From positions 1 to 60,544 of the forward strand of contig DBDU01000016.1 in the NCBI GenBank assembly GCA_002293725.1: a DNA stretch of 60,544 nt, given 5' to 3'. The notes beneath the pieces were generated by a model. The model searched no databases. It saw only the letters and a program-made list of their open reading frames with translations, and was not told where the DNA came from. This DNA comes from Patescibacteria group bacterium UBA924 (lineage in GTDB: Bacteria > Patescibacteriota > Microgenomatia > UBA1400 > PJMF01). Position 1 is the first letter of the stretch; each line of letters opens with the position of its first letter. Shown piece after piece: positions 33,514-43,648 of the stretch. A program made the position numbers and the translations under genes.

Positions 33514-36500
33514 TTATCCTGACAGAGTGTTGGCCATAAACTGTTGCATAAATGGTGAAGCGCTGTGATACAGCGAAAGCTTCCGGTACATCCACCAAAG
33601 TAACTTGTGAACCAGCACGGTGTGTTCTCCTTTTGGCGAGCGGAAAAAGACTTGGCGGAACTGCTCAATTTTTTGAGCTAGCTCCATTCCTGCTAAGTTA
33701 GGAACATCTGCCTCAATACCTAGGGCAAGGAGTGCCCCTCGTAGGGACTTCTCATCACCTGAAAGTAAACCCCGGACCAGCTGGACAATGACTTGGTGAA
33801 GCTCGGGTTGTTGGCGTAAGTCTAAAGTAAAGCCACCATCAATTGAGGCGAGTTGCTTCTCCGTTCCGTCTGGCTGACGAATAAAGTTCCCAAGATGGTC
33901 ATCTAAGTTAAGTAAACCAATCTGCAGATCCTGAAATGCTCCAAAAAGCAGCTGCATAATTTCCTGGTCATCATGGCCAGCATCTGCCAATACTTTTCCT
34001 TCTACAAACTCAACCATAATCATGTACTGACCCGTAGCAATTACTTCTGGTGTGTCAAAGGTAACCGTTCGCTGATCATTACTTGATTCGTACTCAGAGA
34101 AGTACTGCGCTTCTCGTTGTTTGCTCCGCTCTTCTAAGATAATAGTGGTGATTACGTCAGTCAGGTCAACCGGAATGTCCATTTGATGACCTCGTCGCTT
34201 CATCTCAGTGAGGAAGCGCTGTAGATCTCGCACATCATGGGCAATTTGACGCATACCAATTACACCTGGTTTAACAACTTTGATCACTAGCTCTCGCAGA
34301 ACTTTCTGACCATCGGGTTGAGTCTGTGCAACTTCTACTAAGTAGGCCTGACAAATTCCTGCTGATCCCAGCGGGCGAAGGTAACGGGTAATCTCAAAGT
34401 CGACGAAGTTTCCTAACTGATTCTTTTCATACTCAAAGACTTTTTGGAGTTCAGCTGGACGAACAAGCTCAGCGTTCCACAACCCTTGTTTGAATACTTC
34501 TTTTAGCTCAGTGGGAACCCACGGATAGTCTGCAACGAGCTGTGCAGATTTGATTCCTACGCTGCCAAAGCTCAGTACAGCGATATACAACATATCTTCC
34601 ACTGCTAAGCGTTGCCCCATTCGATCAAGCTCAATCATCTTATTGACGATGTTACTAATTACTGTCGAGGCTTTCAGCGGTTCCATACTAACTAAAGCGG
34701 CACTTAAAATCTCTCGATACCGAGCAGTTGTTTCTGGGGTATGTCGATCACTGTCCTTGATGAACAAGGTAGCTAAGTTTTCGGCAAATGATTGACGGTC
34801 GACCCGCTCATCGTTACTGACAGAAGGGTGGAAAACATCGCCATCAGCAGAGTGCGGTAAAGAGAGTGTTGCTTCTGGTCCATACACCAATCTTTGAATA
34901 ACTTGCTTTCGTTCCGCGACCGTTGCCATCAAAAATGATGTTCGTAAGTTAGAAAGGTCTGCGTTAGCCTTCCGTTCGTACTCAACAAAGATTTTTCCAG
35001 TCGGTTTAGGACTGTTTTCATCAATCAGATAAAACAAAAGCTGCCCTTTTTGATCTACGGCGAGGTCGCCAATTACATCGAAGAGCGTAACTTTATGTCG
35101 TTCTCGTTCTTGATCTTTTTGGATTCCAGATTCATCGACGATGTAAGACTCAATGACCGCAACTTCTGCGGGTGTCACAGTACACCGTGTCTGAAGCTCA
35201 GCCATAAACTCATTTCGTTCAAAGCTTCCTTCAGGAAGGTACTGCAAGATAACTTGGAGAGCGCTGGCATAATCGGTAAAAAATTGAGCGTCTGTGTCAA
35301 TTCTCTTTCGTAACAAGGGGGCATCTAAGTGCGAGTTTTTCGCTGCACTTTCGGGGAAGAGTAAGAACTCTTGGTAAAGATACTCTGCATCCTCTTTTAC
35401 TAGATCATCTCGCTGAAGTGCACGGCGAATGATGTACTCAATATAAATGGTAACTACTGCAGTCTCGATTCCCCGACTTACTTCTCGAACACGTGCAATG
35501 GCGGCTCTAAAGTTTGTTGCAGTTAACTCAGCCAGTTCAGTATCGTTATCAAGTAACCGCCGGGCAATGAAGTACTCCGTAAACCCAACTGAGATACCTT
35601 TAGAAAAATCACTCTCTTCTGTGTCTCTACTACCAGCTGAACCAACAAAAAATGGGTACTCTAGAGCCGACTCATATGCATATCGACGTGTACCAACGGT
35701 CTCATAGATTTCTTGAGCAAAAAACTTGTAACCAATTGTGTGCTCTAAGTAATCTGGCGTCCGTGACTCTTCAGACATGTAGTAAGAAAGCGTATCGACT
35801 TCAGTAGAGCTGCGGCCAATAGTTTTCCAGTCTTCGCCAGTAAAGAGGGAAAGTAAGTACTCTGATGCTTCTCTCATCTCACTTTTGTGACGATGATCAG
35901 CGAAGTGGTCGTAGAGTGCCCAACAGTAAGCAAAGAGCTCATCTTGCAGGGGCCCGGGAACTGGAAAGTTCTCCTGAACCAGCTGAATCATCTGTTTGAA
36001 GTCAGCAACTCGTCGCAAACCGTTGAATCGTTCGGCAATCTGCTGCTGTTGCCAAATCGGGATGTTCTTTTCCAGTTTCTTTTTTCGTTCCCATCCTTTA
36101 TCCATCGCTCGGATATACTGTTTAGCAGTTGCATAATCTTTGAAATCTACCTGTCTTTTTAACGGGGCATACATCTCTGCAATTTGGTCTCCATTCCCCC
36201 CTAAAATCAGATTCAAAAGAATTACTCGGGCATTATCATCTTTGTGCCATTTATGCGTAGCAGATGAAAGGTGCCCTTGGAAGAATGCTTCGTTACCTTT
36301 CTGCCCCAACCAATTATTTCTGGTTGCATAGGCGTATACGGAGAGACGATCTTGAGTTCTCATGGGCAGAGGTGAGACTCGTCTTTCTATTCCACCATAT
36401 GGGTCGTGAGCAGTTTCCATAAACAAACCACGCTCTTCAGCCAAGCGAATGAACTGTAATAACTTCTCAGAACGCGTGATGAGTGCTGAGTGTACTAATG

Positions 36501-39500
36501 GCTTTCCCATCCAATCTGCTTTAGGAACAGGGATGTTATTGGCTAAAACAAAGTCTAGAAAGCCATCAAGCTCAATTGGGGTGTCTACTCGTTCTGTACC
36601 TCGCCATTTTTCAGCAGACTCTTGAAAGGAGTAGTTTGTACAGAAGTACTTGGCAAACCACCAAAAGTCTTTTTCATACAGATGGGCCGTGTGATAGCTC
36701 TTCCAATGTTTTTCATCATCTTCTACTACGGCAACTTGATACTTACGATATCTCGCTCGTAAGACATCAGCCATCATCCGTTGCATCGGTTTTGATCGAT
36801 TATCGTACTGCCCCCAGCCAGCACGATGTTCAAACAGGATATTGAGCGACAGATCTCCGTTGCCAGTAAAATCGAGTTCGACTACACCAGCCCTAAGAAG
36901 AATGCCATACTCTTTGAGGGATAATTTCAACGTTGAACGGCGTGGGTAACTGATATCACAAGCCTTGACCGTTTTTTTCAACTCAGCCACCAGTTGTGGA
37001 TCGGGACTATCTATGTCACCTGCTTTTAATTGCTTCATTAAGTCTGCAAAGAGTTCTGGATCTTCGTATGAACGTTCTTCTAAGGTCCCATGAAGGTAGT
37101 GCCACTCCCAGTCATCAGCGAGAACCTCTCGGATTGGATATAACAATGCCATTGACTCTTCTGACTCCCGGATATGCCAGTGTGACTCTGTACTTTTAAT
37201 GCGGCCATCGTCTTCAAAAACTAACACTCCGTCAGGTAAAAAAGCTCTAAAGTAAGCATTCAAGCAAGCGCTTTTAAAGCGGCGATTACTAGTAGAGAAG
37301 TGACCATCTCTGCCCTCTGAAGTCGCGTGCTCATCTTTCATACGCGCACCTAACCAATCACCACCATTTTCCGGAGAGAAGTTTTCCAGGTTAGTTTCAA
37401 TATTGTTCGGCAAGTAGACTTTATTTTTAAACTTATCTAACAGCGTAATAATCTTGCGAGCATATTCTGGATCCGCTTTCATCTCTGTTTCAGCTATACG
37501 TTCAACGGCCAACCAATCATGAGTTAAGACTGCTGACAGCCAAGCTGCAACCAATTCTTGGGAAAGAAAAGCGAGATCTTCACGTTGTCTTAATAAGAAA
37601 GCTGCGTGGTCAACAAAAGGCAGTAGTGTTTCCAATCGACGAGTTTCTAACATCCCCACCGTCACCCCGATTGCTTGGTGAGCATCTACATAGTCTTCCC
37701 CGGAAAGAAAGGGTCTCGGTTCTGGGGCTACTTTACTGCCAACTCCACGCGCACGTTGCTGCGCAAAGCGAGCTAGTTGAAGCTGCTGTGCTAGCTGTCC
37801 ACCTATTTCGGGCAGTGACCAGTCGTAGACTTCTTCTGACAGTAAATCTTGATTGTACGTTTCAGTTGTAGCTTCCTGATGAAGCTCTTCAATATGTGTC
37901 AACAACAAAGAGTACATCTTACGCTCTTCGTCGCTTTCTACTGTAGCCAAAAGATGACGAACCGTTTCTGTAACTGCCCAGAATAAAAGCTGTTGAAACT
38001 CAGCTAATGATTGGAAACCACCCTCATCACTTTGATCAGCAAAGTGACTTGCCAAACTGTAGTCAATCATTTGGGTCGGAGTTTTTGACTCATCAGTAGT
38101 TGTTGAGTACTTGCGTTGTTGGGGCCAACGCCGTTTTGAGTAAGCTTTGAGCCAAGCAGTAAGTTGATCCAAAATATACTGGCGATCTGGATACGAACCC
38201 TCTTGATACTCATCTCTTTCCATGTACTTTCCATAGAGCGAGCGCAGAATATCAGAGAGATAGTTAAGTCTCAGCTCAACAATGTCCGCTTCTTTTGAAG
38301 CGAAAGGGTAAGTATGTTGAGAAGGAAGATTAGGTTGAGTGTAAGCAATGACATCTCGGAACAGCTGTCCATCTTTGTTGGTGATAACTGCTTCTGGCTG
38401 ATGGATATCCCAGCTCCCATAGCTTGAAGCATTTAACTGATCGCCATGTCCCTCTGCCATTACTTCTGCTAAAAGGGTTTCGGGAAGTTCTTCACCACCA
38501 GCGATATACTCTGCTTTTTTCTCCTGGAGACGATAGTAGAACTTGAGTGCTCTTCCGACTAAAACGAGCTTAGACAGATGATAGTAAGCCGAGGTAGGCG
38601 TATCGTAGCGCTGTTGAGCTACCTCTACATTGATGCGGACGTCGTAAGCGAGATATGCTTCCCAAAAGTCAGCAAACGAGCTTGCTTCATTCATGCGTTG
38701 AATGAGTTCGCTAGAATTACTCGTAAAGAGTTTACGTTGTTGTTCTAACTTACGTCCTCGTTCTTCATCATTAAAGAGATTTTCTAGTACCTCTTCCGGA
38801 ATATCTTGATCTTCAAGAATGTTCTCTAAGAGATGCGGTCGGGCGGCATAGACTTCATCAATAGTCGCCTGCATTCGCGCAATTCGCGAGTGAGTGAAGG
38901 GATGACTTGGCGCGAAGCCGGCTTCTCGTTTCCGAATCATCAGCTCATGAGCTTGCAGGGCTTCGATAAAATCTTCAGGATCGTAACCCAACTCAATCAT
39001 GGCAATGATAGCCGCACGGTCAGCGTTGTACTCCTCAGGATGCCCACTAAACTTAAAGGGATGAAAGTACTCATGGAGAAAGACCCCCATGATATGACCT
39101 TTTTTCAGCTTCTTGCCCCCTAAGGACTCAGATAACACTTTTCGGACGTAGTACCATGAACCAACAGTCAGGTAGATGACTCGCTTGGTCCGCTCTTTAT
39201 CAGTGGACACGTAAGAAGAGTCTTTACTCTCACCCGTATTAAGCACCACCAAGTTGACTTCCTGGGGTTTAGATAAGCGACCCTCAGCACTGAAACGATC
39301 CGTTAACGACTCTAAGAGTTGTTCTACTTGTGGAGTAGCAATCAGTGACATCAAGAGCTCTACGAAAGGATGATCTGCCGATAAGACATCAGCTGATTTG
39401 GAAGGATCAGTTTCACCGTAGAGGATAGGAAGTCCTTCCATCTGATCAAACTGTTCACACAGTTCAATGAGGGAAGTTAAGGCTGCAAAGCTTTCAAGTT

Positions 39501-39513
39501 GTCGAACTGACAT
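33514..39513 (-). CDS. Giant (1999 aa) multidomain protein: N-terminal M48-type Zn-metalloprotease motifs, ~1400-aa helical middle, C-terminal ABC1/UbiB kinase-like domain
   Basis: N-terminus: HEYFH (res 147-151), EEYNADRAA, SHPFTHSRIARM (the M48 HExxH...ExxAD...HPxxxxRI set). C-terminus: KSAQLVADYP..., LGSAGICQAYLVEV...VIKVVKPGV, IMVEFVEGKVL, LDDHLGNFIRQPDG...ASIDGG (ABC1 pattern). No signal peptide or TM helix is evident. Confidence 0.6.
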   Translation of the reverse strand: MSVRQLESFAALTSLIELCEQFDQMEGLPILYGETDPSKSADVLSADHPFVELLMSLIATPQVEQLLESLTDRFSAEGRLSKPQEVNLVVLNTGESKDSSYVSTDKERTKRVIYLTVGSWYYVRKVLSESLGGKKLKKGHIMGVFLHEYFHPFKFSGHPEEYNADRAAIIAMIELGYDPEDFIEALQAHELMIRKREAGFAPSHPFTHSRIARMQATIDEVYAARPHLLENILEDQDIPEEVLENLFNDEERGRKLEQQRKLFTSNSSELIQRMNEASSFADFWEAYLAYDVRINVEVAQQRYDTPTSAYYHLSKLVLVGRALKFYYRLQEKKAEYIAGGEELPETLLAEVMAEGHGDQLNASSYGSWDIHQPEAVITNKDGQLFRDVIAYTQPNLPSQHTYPFASKEADIVELRLNYLSDILRSLYGKYMERDEYQEGSYPDRQYILDQLTAWLKAYSKRRWPQQRKYSTTTDESKTPTQMIDYSLASHFADQSDEGGFQSLAEFQQLLFWAVTETVRHLLATVESDEERKMYSLLLTHIEELHQEATTETYNQDLLSEEVYDWSLPEIGGQLAQQLQLARFAQQRARGVGSKVAPEPRPFLSGEDYVDAHQAIGVTVGMLETRRLETLLPFVDHAAFLLRQREDLAFLSQELVAAWLSAVLTHDWLAVERIAETEMKADPEYARKIITLLDKFKNKVYLPNNIETNLENFSPENGGDWLGARMKDEHATSEGRDGHFSTSNRRFKSACLNAYFRAFLPDGVLVFEDDGRIKSTESHWHIRESEESMALLYPIREVLADDWEWHYLHGTLEERSYEDPELFADLMKQLKAGDIDSPDPQLVAELKKTVKACDISYPRRSTLKLSLKEYGILLRAGVVELDFTGNGDLSLNILFEHRAGWGQYDNRSKPMQRMMADVLRARYRKYQVAVVEDDEKHWKSYHTAHLYEKDFWWFAKYFCTNYSFQESAEKWRGTERVDTPIELDGFLDFVLANNIPVPKADWMGKPLVHSALITRSEKLLQFIRLAEERGLFMETAHDPYGGIERRVSPLPMRTQDRLSVYAYATRNNWLGQKGNEAFFQGHLSSATHKWHKDDNARVILLNLILGGNGDQIAEMYAPLKRQVDFKDYATAKQYIRAMDKGWERKKKLEKNIPIWQQQQIAERFNGLRRVADFKQMIQLVQENFPVPGPLQDELFAYCWALYDHFADHRHKSEMREASEYLLSLFTGEDWKTIGRSSTEVDTLSYYMSEESRTPDYLEHTIGYKFFAQEIYETVGTRRYAYESALEYPFFVGSAGSRDTEESDFSKGISVGFTEYFIARRLLDNDTELAELTATNFRAAIARVREVSRGIETAVVTIYIEYIIRRALQRDDLVKEDAEYLYQEFLLFPESAAKNSHLDAPLLRKRIDTDAQFFTDYASALQVILQYLPEGSFERNEFMAELQTRCTVTPAEVAVIESYIVDESGIQKDQERERHKVTLFDVIGDLAVDQKGQLLFYLIDENSPKPTGKIFVEYERKANADLSNLRTSFLMATVAERKQVIQRLVYGPEATLSLPHSADGDVFHPSVSNDERVDRQSFAENLATLFIKDSDRHTPETTARYREILSAALVSMEPLKASTVISNIVNKMIELDRMGQRLAVEDMLYIAVLSFGSVGIKSAQLVADYPWVPTELKEVFKQGLWNAELVRPAELQKVFEYEKNQLGNFVDFEITRYLRPLGSAGICQAYLVEVAQTQPDGQKVLRELVIKVVKPGVIGMRQIAHDVRDLQRFLTEMKRRGHQMDIPVDLTDVITTIILEERSKQREAQYFSEYESSNDQRTVTFDTPEVIATGQYMIMVEFVEGKVLADAGHDDQEIMQLLFGAFQDLQIGLLNLDDHLGNFIRQPDGTEKQLASIDGGFTLDLRQQPELHQVIVQLVRGLLSGDEKSLRGALLALGIEADVPNLAGMELAQKIEQFRQVFFRSPKGEHTVLVHKLLWWMYRKLSLYHSASPFMQQFMANTLSG

Positions 39514-39514
39514 A

Positions 39515-39551
39515 TTTTGAACTAGTTATTATAACCTATAACTGTTCAAAA
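39515..39551. promoter_or_regulatory. AT-rich 14/15-bp inverted repeat abutting the giant gene start codon
   Basis: TTTTGAAC(T)AGTTAT - TATAACCT - ATAACTGTTCAAAA. On the minus strand the distal arm ends 1 nt before the ATG at 39513. Confidence 0.35.
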
Positions 39552-39608
39552 TGGGGTGTAACTAAGTGTGCTAAGTCAAGCTAAAGTAGCTATGCATCCT
39601 GTCGGATA

Positions 39609-40232
39609 TTAGGTACCAAAGTAACGGTCACCGTAATCACCTAGTCCAGGCACGATATACTTCTTGTCATTGAGTTTCTGGTCGATAGCTGCAGTGAAGA
39701 TTTTGACATCTGGAAACTCAGTTGTAATCGCCTCAACTCCTTCGGGTGCGGCTATGACACAAACGACTCGTAACTCTTTAAACTTTTCTTTAGAAACTAA
39801 GCGGAGTAAGTGCAGGATAGAACCACCAGTTGCCAACATGGGATCGGTAATTACCACCACACTTTCTTCTGTTAAAGGAGGTAGCTTCCAGTAGTACTCA
39901 CTAGCCTGAGCCGTTTGTTCATCTCGTTCCATGCCAACAAAGCCTACTTGAGATTTAGGTAACAGCTGTAATGCCCCGAACAGCATACACACTCCAGAGC
40001 GCAGTACGGGAACGATCACGACATTATCTGCTAACTTCTTCACGCTCATAGACGCTAATGGGGTCTCAATCTCTTCTTCACGAAAACGCAGGTCTTGAAT
40101 AGCTTCCGCGAAGAGCAGCTGGCAGATACGATCGCTATGACGACGAAACTTGTCGACAGGTGAGTTCTTATCACGTAGATGAGAGAGAGAGTCGATCACT
40201 AATGGATGCTGGCTAACAGAAACATTTTTCAT
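39609..40232 (-). CDS. upp: Uracil phosphoribosyltransferase
   Basis: VVVITDPMLATGGS PRPP loop and C-terminal YIVPGLGDYGDRYFGT. The ATG at 40232 has an AAGGAG RBS. Confidence 0.9.
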   Translation of the reverse strand: MKNVSVSQHPLVIDSLSHLRDKNSPVDKFRRHSDRICQLLFAEAIQDLRFREEEIETPLASMSVKKLADNVVIVPVLRSGVCMLFGALQLLPKSQVGFVGMERDEQTAQASEYYWKLPPLTEESVVVITDPMLATGGSILHLLRLVSKEKFKELRVVCVIAAPEGVEAITTEFPDVKIFTAAIDQKLNDKKYIVPGLGDYGDRYFGT

Positions 40233-40239
40233 ACTCTCC

Positions 40240-41610
40240 TTATACTCCGATATCCTCAAGTAAAATTCCTTGTTCCCGCTGTGGTCCAGTGGTGATCATA
40301 ATTACTGGAACACCGACCTGTTTGGCAACAAAGTCTAGAAAGTCGCGAGCCTCTTTGGGAAGCTCTTTACGGCTGTCTGCCTGCATCAACTGTTGTGCAT
40401 CCCAAGGCTTAAACTCTTTGTAGATAGGTTTGACTGCATCTAAAAAGACCTGATCAGGGCGGTAACTAACTTTCTTCCCCGCTACTTCGTAGCCCACACA
40501 GACCTTAACAGGTTGGTCCGGATAGATCACATCCATGTGGGTGAGAACGAGCGAGTCGATCTTTCCTACTTGGCTGAAAAACTTGAGTGCGGGTAAGTCA
40601 AGATAGGCAATATCTCTTGGGCGTTTGGTAGTCGCTCCGTACTCGTGAGCATCATGACGAATCAGATCCGCTAACTCAGTTTTCATGAGCGTGGGCAGCT
40701 TGCGTGTTCCAACACTCGACATATATGTGGCCTTAATCACTCCAGCTTTGACCTTGATCTGATTGGGATCAATTACCCCTTCAGTTGCAGAAAAGATGCC
40801 AGCAAAAGTAGTGTCGGAGGCAGTCACATCAGGATACACTCCCCACCTACAGTCGAGTCCAACTGCTTGTGCTTTTTCAAATACGAACCCTACCTTATGA
40901 TCTGCCCACTGCTCAGCTAACCAATCATGAACACTTTCAGCATACTTTTTGAGTGACTGTGCTTGAGACTTCAGACGCGCGACGAACTCATCTTCACTTC
41001 CTACCACAATTTTTTGACCAGCTAGAGTTGGTACTTCAATGGTGGCAAGATCTTGACCCAAACCTGCAATCAGCGCCGTGTACATTTTGTAGTGCTGTTT
41101 GACTTTCTCATCTTGAAAATGAGTAATGTCACGAACGCGTAAAGGATGACGTAGTAAGACATCTGCATAGGCTGGTGCAATTCCTCGACCAGTTGAACCC
41201 TTACCACCAGACTGCCAATCTTTGAGCACAGCTTCAAATGCACGGTGGGTGTCTAGTGACAGCAGCGCCATCTCATCAATCTTAATCTCTGCCCGGTCTT
41301 TTGTTACTGTGACAGCTTCTACTTGCGACAGCTCTTCCAAGAGATCCCCAGGATGGAGGACCATCTCTTTTCCCAAAACTACCACTGCACCCTGGATAAA
41401 CACCCCAGAGGGAAGTTGGTGAAGCGCTACTCTTTGGCCATTCGGAAACTCAACCGTGTGGCCAGCGTTAGCTCCGCCATTGTCGCGGTAGACAACAACT
41501 AAACCATCTTTGCTGAGCTTATGAACTAACATGTCAACAATTCTGCCTTTGCCCTCATCTCCAAATGCACCACCACAGATAGCATAACTTCGAGGTCGAA
41601 CGTTCTTCAT
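40240..41610 (-). CDS. purA: Adenylosuccinate synthetase
   Basis: GGAFGDEGKGRIVD P-loop, GGANAGHT, and GSTGRGIAPAY. Its ATG overlaps the purB stop (ATGA). Confidence 0.85.
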   Translation of the reverse strand: MKNVRPRSYAICGGAFGDEGKGRIVDMLVHKLSKDGLVVVYRDNGGANAGHTVEFPNGQRVALHQLPSGVFIQGAVVVLGKEMVLHPGDLLEELSQVEAVTVTKDRAEIKIDEMALLSLDTHRAFEAVLKDWQSGGKGSTGRGIAPAYADVLLRHPLRVRDITHFQDEKVKQHYKMYTALIAGLGQDLATIEVPTLAGQKIVVGSEDEFVARLKSQAQSLKKYAESVHDWLAEQWADHKVGFVFEKAQAVGLDCRWGVYPDVTASDTTFAGIFSATEGVIDPNQIKVKAGVIKATYMSSVGTRKLPTLMKTELADLIRHDAHEYGATTKRPRDIAYLDLPALKFFSQVGKIDSLVLTHMDVIYPDQPVKVCVGYEVAGKKVSYRPDQVFLDAVKPIYKEFKPWDAQQLMQADSRKELPKEARDFLDFVAKQVGVPVIMITTGPQREQGILLEDIGV

Positions 41611-42998
41611 GACACTCCTTTGAGATAGGTTGTTATACGTTTGTTTGCGGCTTTAGTTAACTGTGGGGCTACTCCAATGTAGTTCTGCGGCGTTAGGCGA
41701 TGAAGCTGCTTCTTTATTGAAGAAGGAATCTCAAGACTTTCGACAAATCGCTGCCACTCAGGCTGGGTAAGCTGTTTTCCTTGCGAAAAGCTTTTTAATT
41801 TTTCATAACCGTCAGGTTGACCACTTTGACGCAGGACAACTTGTACCGCTTCAGCCAGTACTTCCCAGTGTGTGTCTAGCTCGCTTACCAGCTTCTCTTG
41901 ATTAACAGAGATCTTTCCCAACCCTTTCGCCAAAGAGTTATACGCCAGCAAGCAGTAACCGAAAGCCGAACCAATACTGCGCTTAACAGTACTGTCTGAC
42001 AAATCTCTTTGTAACCTGGAAACAGACAGTTTCTGGACAAAGAAAATCAGCAGTGCATTGGCCAGACCAAGGTTTCCTTCGGCATTTTCAAACTCAATTG
42101 GGTTGACTTTTTGCGGCATCGTTGACGAGCCTACCTGTCCTTTTTCTTTCTTCTGAATAAAAACTCCGTCACTGATGTAACGCCAAAAATCTTGACTACA
42201 ATCCAAAAGGATGCCGTTAATTCGCTGTAAGACAGCAAAAACTCGGTTGTAACTTTCAGCTGGTAATACCTGAGTGGTGAAGAGATTAGGAACTAGATCA
42301 AAGGAGCTGACAAAATCTGAACTTAGCTCTGTCCAGTTGTGTTCTGGAAAAGCAACCACATGAGCGTTAAAGTTACCAACTGCCCCCGTCAGTTTTGCCT
42401 CAATAGGTAATGTCCTCAAAACCTTCACTTCATCCAAAAGACGAGAAGCAAACACTACTACTTCTTTTCCTACAGTGGTGGGAACTGCCGCTTGACCATG
42501 CGTACGTGCCAACATCGGAGTCTGGAAATGTTCTTCAGCAAGCAAAGAAAGCTTTGATAGTAACGTATGTAGAGCTGGCACTAATACTTCTTGTACTGAC
42601 TCTTTAACCATTAAAGAGTAGGCCAATGAGTTGACATCTTCACTCGTTAGCGCCAGATGGACTAAAGCAGATGAAGGCAGCTCTAACTTTTCCATCTTTT
42701 CTCGAAGAAAGTACTCTACTGCTTTGACGTCGTGCTTCGTCTCTTTCTCTAGCTCCTTTATCCGAAGGGCATCAGCTTCATTAAAGTTGGTCAAAATACG
42801 GAGCAACTGTTCTTGCTGCTTCTTAGTAAACGGGGAGATACAGCCTTGTTCGGCGAGAAATAAAAGGTAAGCAATCTCTACCCGCACACGTTGACGAATG
42901 AGGGCGTACTCAGAAAAAAGGTTGCAAAGATCAATCAGCTGGGAGTGGTAACGCCCATCCAAAGGCGAAAGTGCAGTAAGCGCAAAGTTACTAAACAA
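41607..42998 (-). CDS. purB: Adenylosuccinate lyase
   Basis: LSPLDGRY N-terminus and the SSTMPQKVNP fumarate-lyase signature. TTG start. Confidence 0.85.
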   Translation of the reverse strand: MFSNFALTALSPLDGRYHSQLIDLCNLFSEYALIRQRVRVEIAYLLFLAEQGCISPFTKKQQEQLLRILTNFNEADALRIKELEKETKHDVKAVEYFLREKMEKLELPSSALVHLALTSEDVNSLAYSLMVKESVQEVLVPALHTLLSKLSLLAEEHFQTPMLARTHGQAAVPTTVGKEVVVFASRLLDEVKVLRTLPIEAKLTGAVGNFNAHVVAFPEHNWTELSSDFVSSFDLVPNLFTTQVLPAESYNRVFAVLQRINGILLDCSQDFWRYISDGVFIQKKEKGQVGSSTMPQKVNPIEFENAEGNLGLANALLIFFVQKLSVSRLQRDLSDSTVKRSIGSAFGYCLLAYNSLAKGLGKISVNQEKLVSELDTHWEVLAEAVQVVLRQSGQPDGYEKLKSFSQGKQLTQPEWQRFVESLEIPSSIKKQLHRLTPQNYIGVAPQLTKAANKRITTYLKGVS

Positions 42999-43072
42999 AA
43001 AGTACCTTACTCAAATGTACCAGCTGCATTATGCCATAAAAAAGCGACTGCAACTTAGTAATTTTTACAAAA

Positions 43073-43567
43073 TTACCAAGCCGTAACTGTGACTGGTCGT
43101 GACCAAACTTCTCCATCTTTACGCACTTGGAAACGATAAGTCTTTCCTTGTGCTAAACCACCAATGGTTAAGCCGCCATCATCACAACTGGCTGAAGTAC
43201 TGTACTTATAACCCCTACTGGTAACTTCACTGTACCGAATATGACAACTTCCCCCACGCATCTCCCACTCAATTCGTGCCTGACCATCTGTTGAAGGCAC
43301 AGACCAACGTGGTGTATTCCAGCGAGGCGTAGAAACAGCTCCTCTAGACTTGAACTGACTGCCGTGAGTTACTACCTTCTGTGACTGCTTGCCCCAATTG
43401 TTACTTTCAGCTTCAGCTTTGACGTCAGTCCCACCTTCAACTTTAACATAGGAAGAAGTACTCATTTCTTGTGTTTGTTTGATGACTAAGGCTTGAGCGG
43501 GTTGAGCCAGGAACAAACCCAGACTCACAGTTAAGAGACTCGCTGAGAACAACTTGGCTGATTTCAT
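43073..43567 (-). CDS. Secreted protein with FN3-like C-terminal domain
   Basis: Signal peptide MKSAKLFSASLLTVSLGLFLAQPAQA. C-terminal GGLAQGKTYRFQVRKDGEVWSRPVTVTAW. AAGGAG RBS. Confidence 0.5.
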   Translation of the reverse strand: MKSAKLFSASLLTVSLGLFLAQPAQALVIKQTQEMSTSSYVKVEGGTDVKAEAESNNWGKQSQKVVTHGSQFKSRGAVSTPRWNTPRWSVPSTDGQARIEWEMRGGSCHIRYSEVTSRGYKYSTSASCDDGGLTIGGLAQGKTYRFQVRKDGEVWSRPVTVTAW

Positions 43568-43648
43568 ACGGCTCCTTTAGGCAGTAGTTTGATTTACTAT
43601 AACGCCCCACTAAGAAGAGTCAAGACAGCTTCAAGCTATACCAAGCAG

